Assembly: GCF_009914755.1 (NCBI RefSeq)
Contig: NC_060925.1
Source of the DNA: the human T2T-CHM13v2.0 reference genome, Homo sapiens
DNA: 64,000 bases
Reading direction: 5' to 3' (one strand)
The notes below the pieces were generated by a model. That model saw nothing but the letters and a program-made list of their open reading frames with translations. It was not told the DNA's origin and ran no database searches. Shown piece by piece: positions 24,433-38,172 of this stretch. Made by a program: the position numbers and the translations under genes. How positions within the stretch are numbered: position 1 is the first letter of the stretch; every line of letters starts with the position of its first letter.

Positions 24433-27066
24433 CCATTCATCTTTTGATTTCTTTAACAGTGGCAAGATGTCTTCCTCTGTCAGTTGTCTCCACTTTGCAA
24501 ATACTGGATAGGCAGAAAATGAAAACTAAAAACAGGTTACAAAAATGGTGTTTTCAGTCTTCTTTTATACTTTCTGGAGGTGACATGATACTTTGTACAG
24601 CACAGTAAAGAAGCTCAACAATGATAAGTTATTGCATCATCCTTTCAGATCATTTTCTTATTTTAATTTCTTTTTATTACAAAAGGGAATAATTGATAAG
24701 TAATGATGAAATAATTCCTAGGATGATGAAATGGCAAAATGTTTCAAGATACAGGAAATATAAAAATACTGCAATAATCCTATAATATATCTTAGATTTA
24801 TGAAAGGGTTCTTTGGACCTCTCTGGTAATTGCAAAATATAATTTATTTTATTCTGTTTTTTTAAATAAGTAAATTTTCTCATTATTTGAAAGACTTAAG
24901 AAAAGATAAAAATTATGAAATGCTAATTTATACAAATAGTGAGAACTGCTCAGAAAAGGAACTGAAAAACTAAAAGTGGACCCGTGGAACCCAGTGGTAT
25001 ACTGAGGGTTAATGGTTGAGTTTTTAAACATTTCAGGGGATACCAAAACAAAGAGACAATTTCTAGAATCCTTTAAAAATAACATTCATTAATTCATTCC
25101 ATCCCCCTTTAAAATAACAAAACAGTTCTATAATTACATTTCCAGTTCACTCTGTCTTACTGTGTTATGTATAATGCTCTTATTATTTTGTTCCAGAATG
25201 TCATCATACACTAATTTGGTATTACCCACCTGACCATAGGCTGGTAGTGCAGTTTGTGAAACTAATCAATATTTTAAACATTAAATCACTCTGTGGGAGA
25301 ATATATATTCGTATTTCTGGCCAGAAGGACTTTAAATAAATAAACAAAATACAAAATCTTCAGTGATTTATCCAGGGTGATAGATCAATGGAAACCAAGG
25401 GACCTGTTCGCAAATGTTAATTTCAATTCAGTATTCATGAATCCAGACTGTAAATCTCTACTGATTGACTTTGACTGGCTGAAGGAGACCACAGACTTGC
25501 AGAAAAGGGAGGTTTGAGGCAGGGTCAGGGCAGGGTATTCATACACCTATAGAGAATGTCAGAACTCTTGTCTTGTTGCAAGAACATTACATGAACAGGG
25601 TATGTTATAAAGTATGGAGTTAAGGGAACTAGGTATCCAGTAGAGTTCCTTTAGAACAATTCTTTTAACATAGAGGGTTATTGAAAGATAATGGGTGCTC
25701 TCATTTTTACATTTACTATATTTACAGTTAAAAAAGGAAATAGGATAAATTAACATTATGTAAATGAGTTTTCAAGTATAAATACCAGGTCCCTAAATTT
25801 TCCATAATCTTAATTTTAGATTCATGCTTACTAATATATTAACAGTACTTTTTGATTCTGGTGTTCTAAATGAGAAGTTCTGTTTCTTGAGCACCTACCA
25901 GGCACAAAACTGGAAGTTTGCCCCATTTATACTGTTTAATCTTCAAAACTCCTATGAGGTATTATTATCATCATTGTTTTACAGGTAGACCAAGACTCAG
26001 CTTAAGTAACTGCTCAGAGTCACTGTGCCGGAATTTTCAGTTATTGCATGCCTCTTCCCCAACCCCTTCCAGAGGAACCTGGCTGTGTTTTGGACTCAGG
26101 ATGCTGACCTGGGGCATACCTAATTAGAATAGTGATGGGCTACCAACTCCAGTACATTTAATCCATAGGCTAAATAGTGGTTCACGGCATGGCCTGACAC
26201 TAAGAGTTCTGTTTAAACTGAGATGAGCCGGGCAAACCTATGTTCTCCTCTGAGAGTGTGGAATTGGATCACTGAGAGATTGGGTGGAGTGAATTTGATA
26301 CAGAGTGCAGGTGGTGGCCATATTGGCCTGTGAGTATGATAGGAAAGCTGAAATGAGAGAAAATGTGTCGCTTCTAAGCATTGAAAAGAATAGCCTTTGA
26401 TTCTGATGACATGACTATGAAATTGCCTCGTGTATCCTACAATAAAACCCAATTTTTACCTGAGCTAGTTTGACTGGATATCTGTTCTTTGTATCCACAA
26501 GAAGCCTTGACCGAAACGGGTACACATGGTAAATGTCAGGAAGGTTTTGAACCCTGAGTTTTCTAAAATGAAAGCCATTTATTATTTTCACTGTATTTTC
26601 TTCCAAGACAGAGAATCCTAAATTAGGAGATATACCTGTTTCTTTTTTGCTATAACTCTTGTACTAGAAGCTACTTATTACACTAAGTTGATGTAGGCAC
26701 TCATAACAGGTAAAGCAGCATGGCCTTCACAACTGCTAATGGTAATGAAATTAAAGAACTAGTTGGAAATCAATCTTTTTTCTTGCAAGAGAGGAAGGAC
26801 CCTCTTGTTGCAAAAAGAAAAGCAACAAATTTTATAGAAAAGGCAAAAGACAATAAATTAAGACACGATAACTCTTCTTTTTGTACTGACCTAATGCAGA
26901 AGAAAAAAAGTGAGATTGCAAGGTGACTTCTCTAGTAGAATTGCCCTATTTCACATAAGACTTCACATAAGATTACCTGTCAACAGAGTTTATACATGTG
27001 TAACTATGTAAAATTTCCTAGTAAGAGTGTAAGAGGAGTAGTGGAGAGAATGAGAACAACTTAACC

Positions 27067-27278
27067 CAAGGATTCTCAACTGGGAGCATTTGTGTCCAAT
27101 AAGGGACATTTGGCAATGCCTGGGGACATTTTTGGTTGTCATAAATTTTGGGAATTACTGGCAACTAATGGGTAGAAGCCAGTGATGCTGTTTAGCATCT
27201 TGCAGTGCAGGACAGCTTCTCACAACAAATAATTATATGGCCCAAATTGTCAGTAGCACCAAGGTTGAGAAATCCTGC
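27067..27278. mobile_element. MER20 (hAT-Charlie) fossil
   Basis: ttctcaac...ggacatttggcaatgcctggggacatttttggttgtca...aaggttgagaaatcctg. Confidence 0.8.
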
Positions 27279-27488
27279 ATATAGCTATCCTGAGGTTTTC
27301 TACTTGATGTTTACTTCTTGCCCTCACCCAGTATCATTTTGCTGGGTGTGCTCTGTTCCATTTATATTCATCTCCCGACCACTGTCCGTATCTTTCTCCA
27401 TCAGAATTTTTCTTTTTTTCTAATTTATTAATCAAGAGAACAATTTTCCACTTTCTCCATCTCTTGTCTGTCTTCTCATAAATTTAAC

Positions 27489-27675
27489 CAGCTGTGTGCT
27501 GAAGCTAGCTTACCCTGGTTCATGTGGATTTTGTGTATCTCTTCCCAGTTCTGCATTCAGTAATATCACGTTGGTGGCTTGAAATTGGACAGGGTGGTAG
27601 TAATTATCCCATGGAAATGTAAACGCTACAAATCAGGGCTCCCCATCCTCCCACCCCAGAACTAGCATACCACTG
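27489..27675. mobile_element. MER63-like (hAT) fossil
   Basis: cagctgtgtgctg...tcacgttggtggcttgaaattgg...aacgctacaaatcagggct...agcataccactg with terminal inverted repeats. Confidence 0.65.
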
Positions 27676-27963
27676 AATTAACCTTTTAGCCTGCCTTCAC
27701 TCAAAAACAGCTTTGTAAAGAAAACATTCGTGCAGAATAACATGTTTTCATTAGGTGAATTCAAGTAAGGATACTGTGAAAGTTTCAGCAGCCATAGCCT
27801 AGTCTGGCCAACATGTAGACAAGTGTTTGTAAAGTAGTAATATCCGTATCTTCATTATATATTTTTTCCCAATTTTGGAGTTGAGTTATTGTTTCTAGAT
27901 CCTCTTTTGAATATCTTCTTCAATGGAAAACTGATGGACCTATCTTTATACACATCCTTACAG

Positions 27964-28411
27964 GAAGCGGTTTGACAGGGCTGAAGCAGAGTACATTGCA
28001 GCAAAGCTAGATATACAGCGCAAGACTGAGATAAAAGAGCAACTCACTGAACACCTTTGTACGATCATACAGCAAAATGAGCTCCGAAAGGCCAAGAAGT
28101 TGGAGGAGTTGATGCAACAACTAGATGTAGAAGCCGATGAAGAGACTTTGGAGCTTGAGGTGGAGGTCGAGAGATTGCTACACGAACAAGAAGTAGAATC
28201 AAGGAGACCAGTGGTTCGTTTAGAGAGGCCATTTCAGCCTGCGGAGGAGAGTGTGACATTAGAATTTGCTAAAGAGAACAGAAAGTGTCAAGAACAAGCT
28301 GTTTCCCCAAAGGTAGATGACCAGTGTGGAAATTCCAGTAGCATCCCCTTTCTTAGTCCAAACTGCCCAAATCAAGAAGGTAATGACATTTCAGCTGCTT
28401 TGGCCACATGA
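27964..28411 (+). CDS. GORAB: GORAB coding exon 5 (448 nt coding, to TGA)
   Basis: Acceptor catccttacag|G; encodes [60 protein letters not shown]...NDISAALAT*. Exon sum from ATG 8179 is 61+358+102+141+448=1110 nt (369 aa + stop). Confidence 0.96.
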
Positions 28412-29790
28412 AGTTCTGGTATTCTTTTGAGCTAATATGGTATTGAGTAAAGTATACTTTTTGCAGTAGATCATGCCCTGACCTCCAATAAAAACCTCTT
28501 TAAAACAATGCTGATTTTTGAATTCATGATTAGTTTTAGTAAATTAATAGGTTTGGCCATTCTAAAATCCAAAATTATGATAACTGTATTTCTAGGGGTA
28601 TGTTTCACCTTGATTTTGGCCCGGTTCTTTCAGTGTTCCGTTTACCCTTTTTACTGAAAGTAAGTGACTTAAAAGGATGGAAGAAAAACTACATGGTTGG
28701 AGTGTTTTTAGATCAGATAAATATAGAAAAGTAAAATGGAAAATGATACTCAATACCTAGTTAAACTCATTTCACTTCTCCTGGGAGACGTATTAAGACT
28801 GGAAGTCCTATTTTATTTAATCAGTATCAGTAAAAAGACAAAAATTACAGTGTGAACAAGAGAAAAACAGGAATAGAAGAAAAAAGTTGCAGGTTGAATT
28901 ATCTATCTGGATATTACTAGAGTTGTAAAACACAACTTGGAAACTGGAATTTATGTGAAGAACCAAACAACTTAAACCAGCATCACTTTTGTCTTCAATT
29001 TGCCTTCCAGTGATTTTAGTTTACAACCTGCGTTTTGTTATTTGAAACACACACACTTATATATAAACACATGTAATTTTACTATTTTATTGTCTTTCCT
29101 TTAATCGATGAATTGATTAAATTTAGACAATTAAAACATTTCTAAAGTGAGACTGAAAATAATATAGAAAATCTCATTGCTACTTGTGATTATCAAAAAA
29201 AGTATGTATTTTCTTTCTAAAGTTATCTATAAATATGTTTTTGATATGTTGGACATGAATTACCCTGTCATGAAGCGTTTAAATTGTTAAAATGCTGATT
29301 TTCTTATTAGTTTGTTAATTGCCTGTTACTAGTACTTGACCAATACATTGTGCTATATGTAAATGTGTAAATAAATATTGTAATTTTCTCACAAAGTCTG
29401 TGAATATCACATTATGATTTATTTATCAGAAATTCCAAAAAGTAAAAATATTACCTTTGAGGACTTTTTTTTTTTAAAAAAAGAATTATTATCAGAGAAC
29501 ATAAGCACAAGTATAAGATTGTATCCATAAAAGTTTCTGAAAAACTTAGGGACATCCTGTTTTTAAATGGGTTTGTTTGAGGGTATTATCTTCTGGTAAT
29601 ATAGATGAGCTTTATATTTTTATATTATGTAATTTGAGTTGAAAGTATAACATTTTACTACTGACTTCTCTAAACAGAAGCATTTCTATAGATAGTTGTG
29701 CTTTTATTTATGAAATACATAAAAGCCAACAGTTTCATTGTCTAACACACTTCTTTTTCTAAGGAATAAACAAGTCTGATGTACTTATAG
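28412..29790 (+). other. GORAB: GORAB 3' UTR with tandem poly(A) signals
   Basis: AT-rich, repeat-free sequence after the stop; AATAAA at 28487, 29370 and 29765. The 3' end is inferred ~20 nt after the last hexamer. Confidence 0.7.
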
Positions 29791-30069
29791 TGTCTTTCAT
29801 TTACCTTAAAAAAATTTCAAACAGTTTAGTATGTATTAAGCATTGTGTGACAATAATGCATCTTGGATCTCCTTGTGGTACATACAGTTACTTACTTTTA
29901 TTAAGCCTCTGTTAAGGAAAATTCATTATCAGTGAGGTTTTATAATATTGGTTAAATGCAGGCATGTGCAATCTTAATTCTCAGTGTAAACCCTTCAAAG
30001 ATATATGAAGAAATGAGAACCGTGAAAAAAATATAAGTTAGATGAGACCTCAGAGATAATCTAATTTAA

Positions 30070-30361
<292 letters not shown>

Positions 30362-30557
30362 TCGTTTTATTTTATAGTGAAGAATTTGAGAGCCAAAGAT
30401 TTCAGTAGCAGCTTGGCCAGCTGGCTCATTTGAAATTTAAAGTGCTAGTAAAGTTGCAGTTCCATATTCCAGGTGTGTCACTTACATATTTCAGGCTGTG
30501 AAGTTCACTGCACTGCATCCCTCCACTTGCAAATTTTGCTCTATAACCCGTTGAGGA

Positions 30558-30560
<3 letters not shown>

Positions 30561-30618
<58 letters not shown>
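30561..30618 (+). repeat. Compound (GT)14(GA)15 microsatellite
   Basis: Read directly. Confidence 0.95.
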
Positions 30619-30629
<11 letters not shown>

Positions 30630-32299
30630 AGAAAAGTGCTTTCAAATGTGGCTGTAAAAGGTCCACTGAACCCATTATTTTGAAAAAATGTTATCTTGCT
30701 TGGCTTTCCCAGGGTGGTATCAGAGTGCTCAGGTGATGATATAAGTGACAAAATCATATTGCATCAGTTTTATACAAAGGCAGCTGTATCCCATCTGTGG
30801 GAGGAACAAGAGCAAATGAATGAGAAGTGAGGGTTCATTGGTATGAAGACCATATGCACTGGCTTTTCCGGGATCGCCCTGACACAGACATATTTAAAAT
30901 AAAATACAGTACATTTGAAGGGCTTTGATATATAAATTCACAAATACACAATAATTGTTAATTTCTGTGAAGGAAATTACTGGCTCAAAATTACTGCCAT
31001 GAGTTTATTGCAGCATTTTATAGAGCTGTCCCTCCTTGGGTTAAACTACTCTCCTTGCTTCCACTTCTCAAATTGTTAGAGCAAAGGTGTATCAGGATTC
31101 CTAATGATGTGAAAAGTAACCTAGGGGCCACCTCCTTTGTGTTATCTCACTTGTTCTATTTAAAAGACAATCTTTACCAAATTGTAGTAATTCTCACTTA
31201 AAGTATACATTTACTTGGGTAAACTTAAATTCCTGAATAGAGGGGTTTTTATACTTTGATTTTCTATTCCTTTCTTTAGGGCCATTTTTGGGGGGTTTCA
31301 GAGAAGCAAAATTTCTTAAAGCACAGTCCTCATTGCACTTAAATAAAAACTTGAGTTTTTCACCTCCGCATAGTTCTGCTGAATTACAGCACTTGCAGGT
31401 GGTAAATCTTTGTACTCACTGAGGACAGCTGGTTTCCAAGTCAGATGATAATCTCTTACTGGAATTCCTACAGCATATTTCATTGCTGGATTGGCATTTG
31501 AATTATAGAGTAAAAATTCAGCTATAAACTTCTCATTCTTTGCATTTAGCAACATAGTACTCTCAAGGAACTTATCTAAATATTCAGCAACTTCCTCTTC
31601 ATGGCATTGGCACAAAATGAACTCAAGTTATTCTGACCCAGGCCATTCCCAGTGACCTTTATAAATGATGTTTTGAGTTTTATATTTCTAAGGAACCAAG
31701 TCAGCCTTTTAAAAGGCCCTGATAGATGTAACTCAGTCTGCCAGGCAAGACCTGGGGCCACTCTGGATCAGGGTAATTATACCCTTTCTCAACATAGATC
31801 TATCCTAGGCCTGATTTGAACTATTCTCTGGTGGGATGAAGCAGGACACTGTTCTCCAATCTGGCTTTATCTTAATGTCAGGCTATTTGTGCAAGCTTCT
31901 AAAGCCAAACAGCTGTCTTGAAAATACGATATCATTTATTTATGCAATTGATCAAACAACTGAGTATAGCTATCTATAGGGACAGAGCTATGTAAGAGGC
32001 ATATGATCTCTGCCTTTTGTTCTTCAGAAGCTTATACTTTAATTGAAGCAATAGAATTTACACTCATAAAACAGGTTGATATGAAACAATGTCTTAATGG
32101 AAAGCAAACTAAGTGATTGGAACATTGAACATGGATGTATCCTCCAGAAGTCCCAAATTTGTAAAACACTCTTAATTTTATTCTATCTAGTTTTGCAATC
32201 TATGCATGTGCCTAGGACCTACCATATCTTTCAGTTTGCCTTTAGTACTATGGAGCAACACATATACAACCAAAACAAAAAACAAAAATATCTATGTTA

Positions 32300-32588
32300 A
32301 CACAGTGTATGTAATCCCAGTGCTTTGGGAGGCTGAAGTGGGCGAATGACTTGAGCTCAGGAGGTCAAGACCAGCCTGGACAATGTGGCAAAAAAAACCC
32401 CATCTCTACCAAAAATACAAAAAATTAGCCAAACATGATGGTGTGCACTTGTGGTCCAGGCTACTTGGGAGGCTGGGGTAGAGGATCAATTGAGCCTGGG
32501 AGGCAGAGGTTGCAGTGAGCCAAAATCATGCCACTGCACTCCAGCCTGGGCAACACAGTGAGACCCTGTCAAAAAAAGAAAAAAAAAA
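32300..32588 (+). mobile_element. Alu (AluJ-like)
   Basis: Diverged dimer, A-tail. Confidence 0.88.
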
Positions 32589-35173
32589 GACAATATATGC
32601 AGATTTTGAGTTTGAAAAGTACAGTCCCCAGGACAAGAGTGAATTGGAAAGAGGGAAGGTTTTTGACTGTCACTGATTTAAAATAGGGGACCCATTGGGA
32701 TTCATCAGTGCAAAACTCCATCAAGTATTGGGAAAAATTACTTTAAGAACAGACCTTTCTGACTGAGGGTTGATGGTATCTCGTTAGATGAAAAACAGCA
32801 TAAATGTTAGCACTCATTACAATTTTTCAGGGTGTTGTGGAACCAAGGGTCAGTAAGTATTGCCTAAGTCAGAACAAGATGTAAATGGAACAGACAATGT
32901 GAGCTCAAGGATAACTCAACATGGAGGCTTGTTCAAAGATCACATATAAGGGAGGTCTTTCCAAGCCAAATGATTCCATGAGCCTAAAATAGAACCATAA
33001 TTAAGCAATAAGATGTGACAGGGATAACATTTCTTAGTGATTATAGCATGCCTCAAGGGATAAGTCAGTAGGCCAAAGGTTCAGCTGAGGAGTGAAACAA
33101 CCCTGCAATGTATAGTGTCACTGCTGTTAGAGGGAGAATGAGAAGGAAATGAACAATTGGAGTTAGAAGAGTCATTTCATGAGCCATTATTTCAGTTGTT
33201 GGGTAATATTACCATGTGTATAGTACATGTGGCCATTAGTTGTATCCAGCATTCTGAAGCTGTGTATTTATGCCAGAGCTTTCACTAAATTTAAAACTGC
33301 AGAATTAACTATCTCATATCTGTAACCAAGCAAAAACCAGGCAGTTCAGACACAAACTTGAAAATCAGTAGCCATAAATATGGAAGTACAGTCTGGTAGA
33401 ATTATGATTACAGTTGCTTAGCCCTGAAGCATGTTGGGTCATTTCCCATACTGTGGTTCATTCACCTCATGTGCATTTCCCTCAGAAATTACCAGTAGGC
33501 ATGGCTCCAGTGTCACAGCCAGAAGCATCTCGAACTTTTTAGTCTGAGCTTTTCCTTCCCTACCACTATGCTGTTGGTGGAAGAGAGGGAGGACCCTAGA
33601 ACTAGTGATCAACTAAACTGCACACTATGGTGGTGCCAGGTGTTTCAACAGGATGAAAAATGAGATGCCCAGTAGCCATAAGATGGGACAAGAAGTACCC
33701 AACTCTGACAGAGACACTGGAAAGCCCGGCAGATAGAAGCAGGTGTCTTATTGCTGTATTCCTCTCCATGTGTCTGTCTGACCACTTCAGAAGATACGAA
33801 ATGAAGAGGGCAAGGTCTCCTGTGGTCCTACTAGTCTCCCATGGCACAAGACAGGTCTGTATTCTAGACAAAAGTCTAGGCAAACAATGGCTTCTCTTAG
33901 CCTAAGCCCTCTTTCAGGGCGCCAGTGCTCTTTCTTTCAAAATATGCTCTTTGGAGAAGATCTGAAGACAGTTACTTGAATCTTGGGGAAATTTTAAGTT
34001 AGTAGATCACTTCTCCCAAGAGTGTTTGCATTTTAATGTAGTGGAATATTTTAAAGTAATGTATTTTAATTTGTGTAGTATAACTTTTAGCCCCTAGCTA
34101 AAGAAATGCCAAGCATCAGAGACCAGGTGAGAGAACTGGGGAATGGTGTGCCTGGAGAGGACTTGAGGACATCCTGAAATCATATCCTAGTGCATGAGCT
34201 GAGAAATGAGTTCCTGAAGCCTTTGCCTATACTATGATAATCTCCATTTGAGGAAAATTACCCCAACCTGTCCTGTTCCTATTGCTGGTGCAACATGCTG
34301 TTAGAGAAGGGAAACCAACTATGCCATTCTAGCCACATATATCTGTTGTTTATGGCTGCATAACAAACCACCGCATAACTTAGTGTCTTGACACAATAAC
34401 CACTTTTATTTGCTCATGGTTCTGTGGGTCAGCAATTTGGTCTAGATTCAGCTGGAAAGTTCTGCTGATCTTGCTGGGGATCACTCATGTGATTGCAGTA
34501 GTCAGGTGGCTTTCCTAGGGCTGGATGATCCAAGGCAGCCTCATTCACATTCTGGCTGTTGGTGATGCCTGTCACCTAGATCTTTTTTTCCATTTAGTCT
34601 CTCAGTCTCAAGGAGCTAGCTCAGGCTTCTATTCATGGAGGTCCCAGGGTTCCAAGATGGCAACAGTAGGAGATGCAGGGCTTCTTGAAGTCATATCACA
34701 TTACTTGCTGCAGTCCACTGATGAAAGCAAGTCATAGGACTGGCCAAGATTCAAGTGGTGAACAAACAGTCTTGACAACTTGATGGGAGGAGTAGGAAAG
34801 TCACATTGCAAAGGGGCATTCATATAGGAATGAGAGGGATTGTTGTGATCTTTGCAAACAATTTACCACAGTCGGCTGGCTGCCTTGTTACAATCATTTA
34901 CATCCATTACAAATACAAAAATGTATTCACCGCCTCCCCAAAAAGCCTCATCCATCCCATTCTGGTTTCAGATGTGGAGTCCAGGATTTCGTCATCTAAT
35001 CAAGTCCAGATGTGAATGAGGCACCTCAGGTTTCGAACTGCCAACGTGACTCCTCTTAGTCTAAAAACTTGTGAACTAAAATGAAAATTTACCTGTCCTC
35101 ACCACACTTCAATATACAGTGGTGAGGGGAATAGGATAGCTTCAGGAGACAGTCCCTTTTTAAAAGGAAAGGT

Positions 35174-35467
35174 AGTTGGGCATAGTGGCTCTCACTTGTA
35201 TTACTTGCACTTTGGGAGGCTGAGGCAGAAGAATTACTTGGGGCCATGAATTTGCCTGGGCAACATAGTGAGAACTCATCTCTACAGAAAGTTTTTAAAA
35301 TAATAAAACTATCCGGGCATAGTGGCACACACGTAGTCCTAGATATTCAAGAGGCTGAAGCAAGAGTATTGCTTGAGCCCATAATTTAAGGTTGCAGTGA
35401 GCTATGATTGCACCACTGCACTCCAGCCTGGGCAACAGACTAAGATGCAGTCTGAAAAAAATAAAAT
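35174..35467 (+). mobile_element. Alu (AluJ-like)
   Basis: Diverged dimer with gagctatgattgcaccactgcactccagcc. Confidence 0.88.
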
Positions 35468-35859
35468 AGCAACAACAAAAAGAAGAAGAGGAACAGGAAG
35501 CAAATGGGAAGCATCCTGAAATCTAGCCTGGGACATATTGTCAGGACTCTCTTTTCTGGAGACAGTGAGTGTAATTTGGGTTTAATTCTGCTTTCTGGGA
35601 GTGGTTACCTAGTTCTAGGTTTTCCACAATTCTTGGCTCTGCACTCTGAGATATCTGTTTTTTGTTTTTGTTTTTGTTTTTTCCTCAAGGAATGATCCGT
35701 GTTTGCAACTTAGTAACTTTCTCAGCCAGCTTCCTGACCATAAAAACTTTTGATGGTCCTGAGGCCTCTTTTCATTTTGTAAAGTCTCCTCTTTTAGTTC
35801 AAGCAGGTGGTGCTTTGTCAATACAACTCTTTTAAAATTTGGTAGATTGTCTTTGAATC

Positions 35860-36551
35860 TGATATGGTTAGGCATTATGTCTCCATCCAAATCTCATCTT
35901 GAATTATAATCCTTATTTTCCCCATGTGTCAAGGGAGAGACCAGTTGGCAGTAATTGGATCATGGGGGCAGTTCCTCCCATACTGTTCTTGTGACAATGA
36001 GTGAGTTCTCATGAGATCTGATGGTTTTATAAGGGGCTCTTCCCCTTTCGCTTGGCACATCTCCTTCCTGCTGCCTTGTGAAGAAGGTGCCTTGCTTCCC
36101 CTTTACCTTCTGCCATGATTGTCAGTTTCCTGAGGCCTCCCCAACTATGCTGAATTGTGAGTCAATTAAACCTCTTTCTTTTATAAATTACCCAGTCTTA
36201 GTCAGTTCTTTATAGTAGTATGTGAACAGACTATGGCTGGGCACGGTGGCTCACACCTGTAATCCCAGCACTTTGGGAGGCCAAGGCAGGCGGATCACGA
36301 GGTCAGGAGTTCGAGACTAGCCTGACCAAGATGATGAAACCCCATCTCTACTAAAAATACAAAAATTAGTTGGGCATGGTGGCACATGCCTGTAATCCCA
36401 GCTACTCAGGAGGCTGAGGCAAGGGAATCACTTGAACCCAGGAGACGGAGTTTGCAGTGAACCGAGATCGCGCCACTGCACTCCAACCTGGGCGACAGAG
36501 TAAGACTTCATCTTAAACAAAAAAGAAAAGAAAAGAAAATGGACTAATACA
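35860..36551 (+). mobile_element. THE1 (THE1D-like) solo LTR with nested Alu
   Basis: tgatatggttaggc...ccaaatctcatcttgaattataatcc...gtgagtcaattaaacctcttt...ggactaataca; TSD gaatc/gagtc. Confidence 0.85.
36235..36537 (+). mobile_element. Alu (AluSg-like) inserted in the THE1 3' end
   Basis: ggatcacgaggtcaggagttcgagac; duplicated gacta target. Confidence 0.92.
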
Positions 36552-36620
36552 GAGTCTTGGTGGGGTTCATTCATAACCCCAAAGACATATTTATTTTAGG
36601 CAGCTGTGAAACAATACCTC

Positions 36621-36994
36621 CACTGTGGACTGAGCTGTGTTCCACCAAAATTCACATGTTGAATCCCTAATCCCCAATGTGACTATATTTGGAGATAGGG
36701 CCTGTAAGGAGGTAATTAAGTTTAAATGCGGTCATAAGGGCTGGGCGTTGATCTATAGGATTAGTATCCTTATAAAAAGAGACACCAGAGAGCTCACACA
36801 CACCTCCCCACATGAGGACATAGTGAAAGGGTGGCCATCTGCAAGCCAGGAAGAGGGCTCTCAACAGAAATCAAATTGGCCAGAACCTTGATCTTAGATT
36901 TTTCTAGCCTCCAGCACTGTGAGAAATAAATTTTTGTTGTTTAAGCCACCCAGCCTGTGGTATTTTATTATGGTAGCCTAAGCTGACTAATATA
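36621..36994 (+). mobile_element. MaLR solo LTR (MLT1A-like)
   Basis: tggactgag...ccaaaattcacatgttgaa...tgtgagaaataaatttttgttgtttaagccacccagcctgtggtatttt...gctgactaatata. Confidence 0.8.
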
Positions 36995-37758
36995 GTCACT
37001 AAGCTTCTTAGAAGCCCTTTTGTCTGGCTGAGAAGTTCAAGGCATCACCACCTTAAATATTTTTGAGGCCTTAACAAAAGATCTTATAGTCACGCCCTTG
37101 GTGTAATTTACCCTCAGCCTGTTTCTTACTTTCACAATCTTCTAGCAGCTGGCAAGGCTAAGGATGAGAAACAGTTTTATTTTCCAACCCAGTAAGTCTT
37201 AGCCCTCTCTATTTTCTTTAAATTCTGCTTGCAAACTGAAACATTTTTGTCTGTTTTTGTAGTATCTCTCTCATGGTACCTTACGATATGCATCTAGAAG
37301 CACTCAAATGATCACTATTCCGTCTAGAAATCTCCTTTGCCAGAAATTCATTAGGCACATTTTCTATTTTCTGAGTTATCATGGGCGTTATTTTTTGCCA
37401 GTTGTTCCACCATTGGATAATATGGGCTGCCCACTTTCCATCTTTCTGCAAGCGGTTTCCCCGCAGCTTTTGCAGCCTCTATCTGCTACCTGGTCCCAAA
37501 GCCAAAGACATATGTTTTAGATTTTTGTTACAACAGCATCTCAGTTCTAGGTACCAATTCTTCCCCAAAACTCAACGGCTTACATAAAACTATACACCTA
37601 AAAAGCATGACTTCACTCTATAAAAACCATGTCTCAGCATGACTTTGAGGAAAAAGAGTTGCTTAAAACAACAACCATTTTATTTTCTCACCATTCTGTG
37701 CGTCAGCGAATTGGGCTAGGATCAAATGGGCAGTTCTTCTGTTCTATCCCCACGATCA

Positions 37759-38172
<414 letters not shown>

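Noticed and set aside
28065-28259. Antisense 64-aa ORF over exon 5
   Set aside because: Shadow of the coding strand's codon bias.
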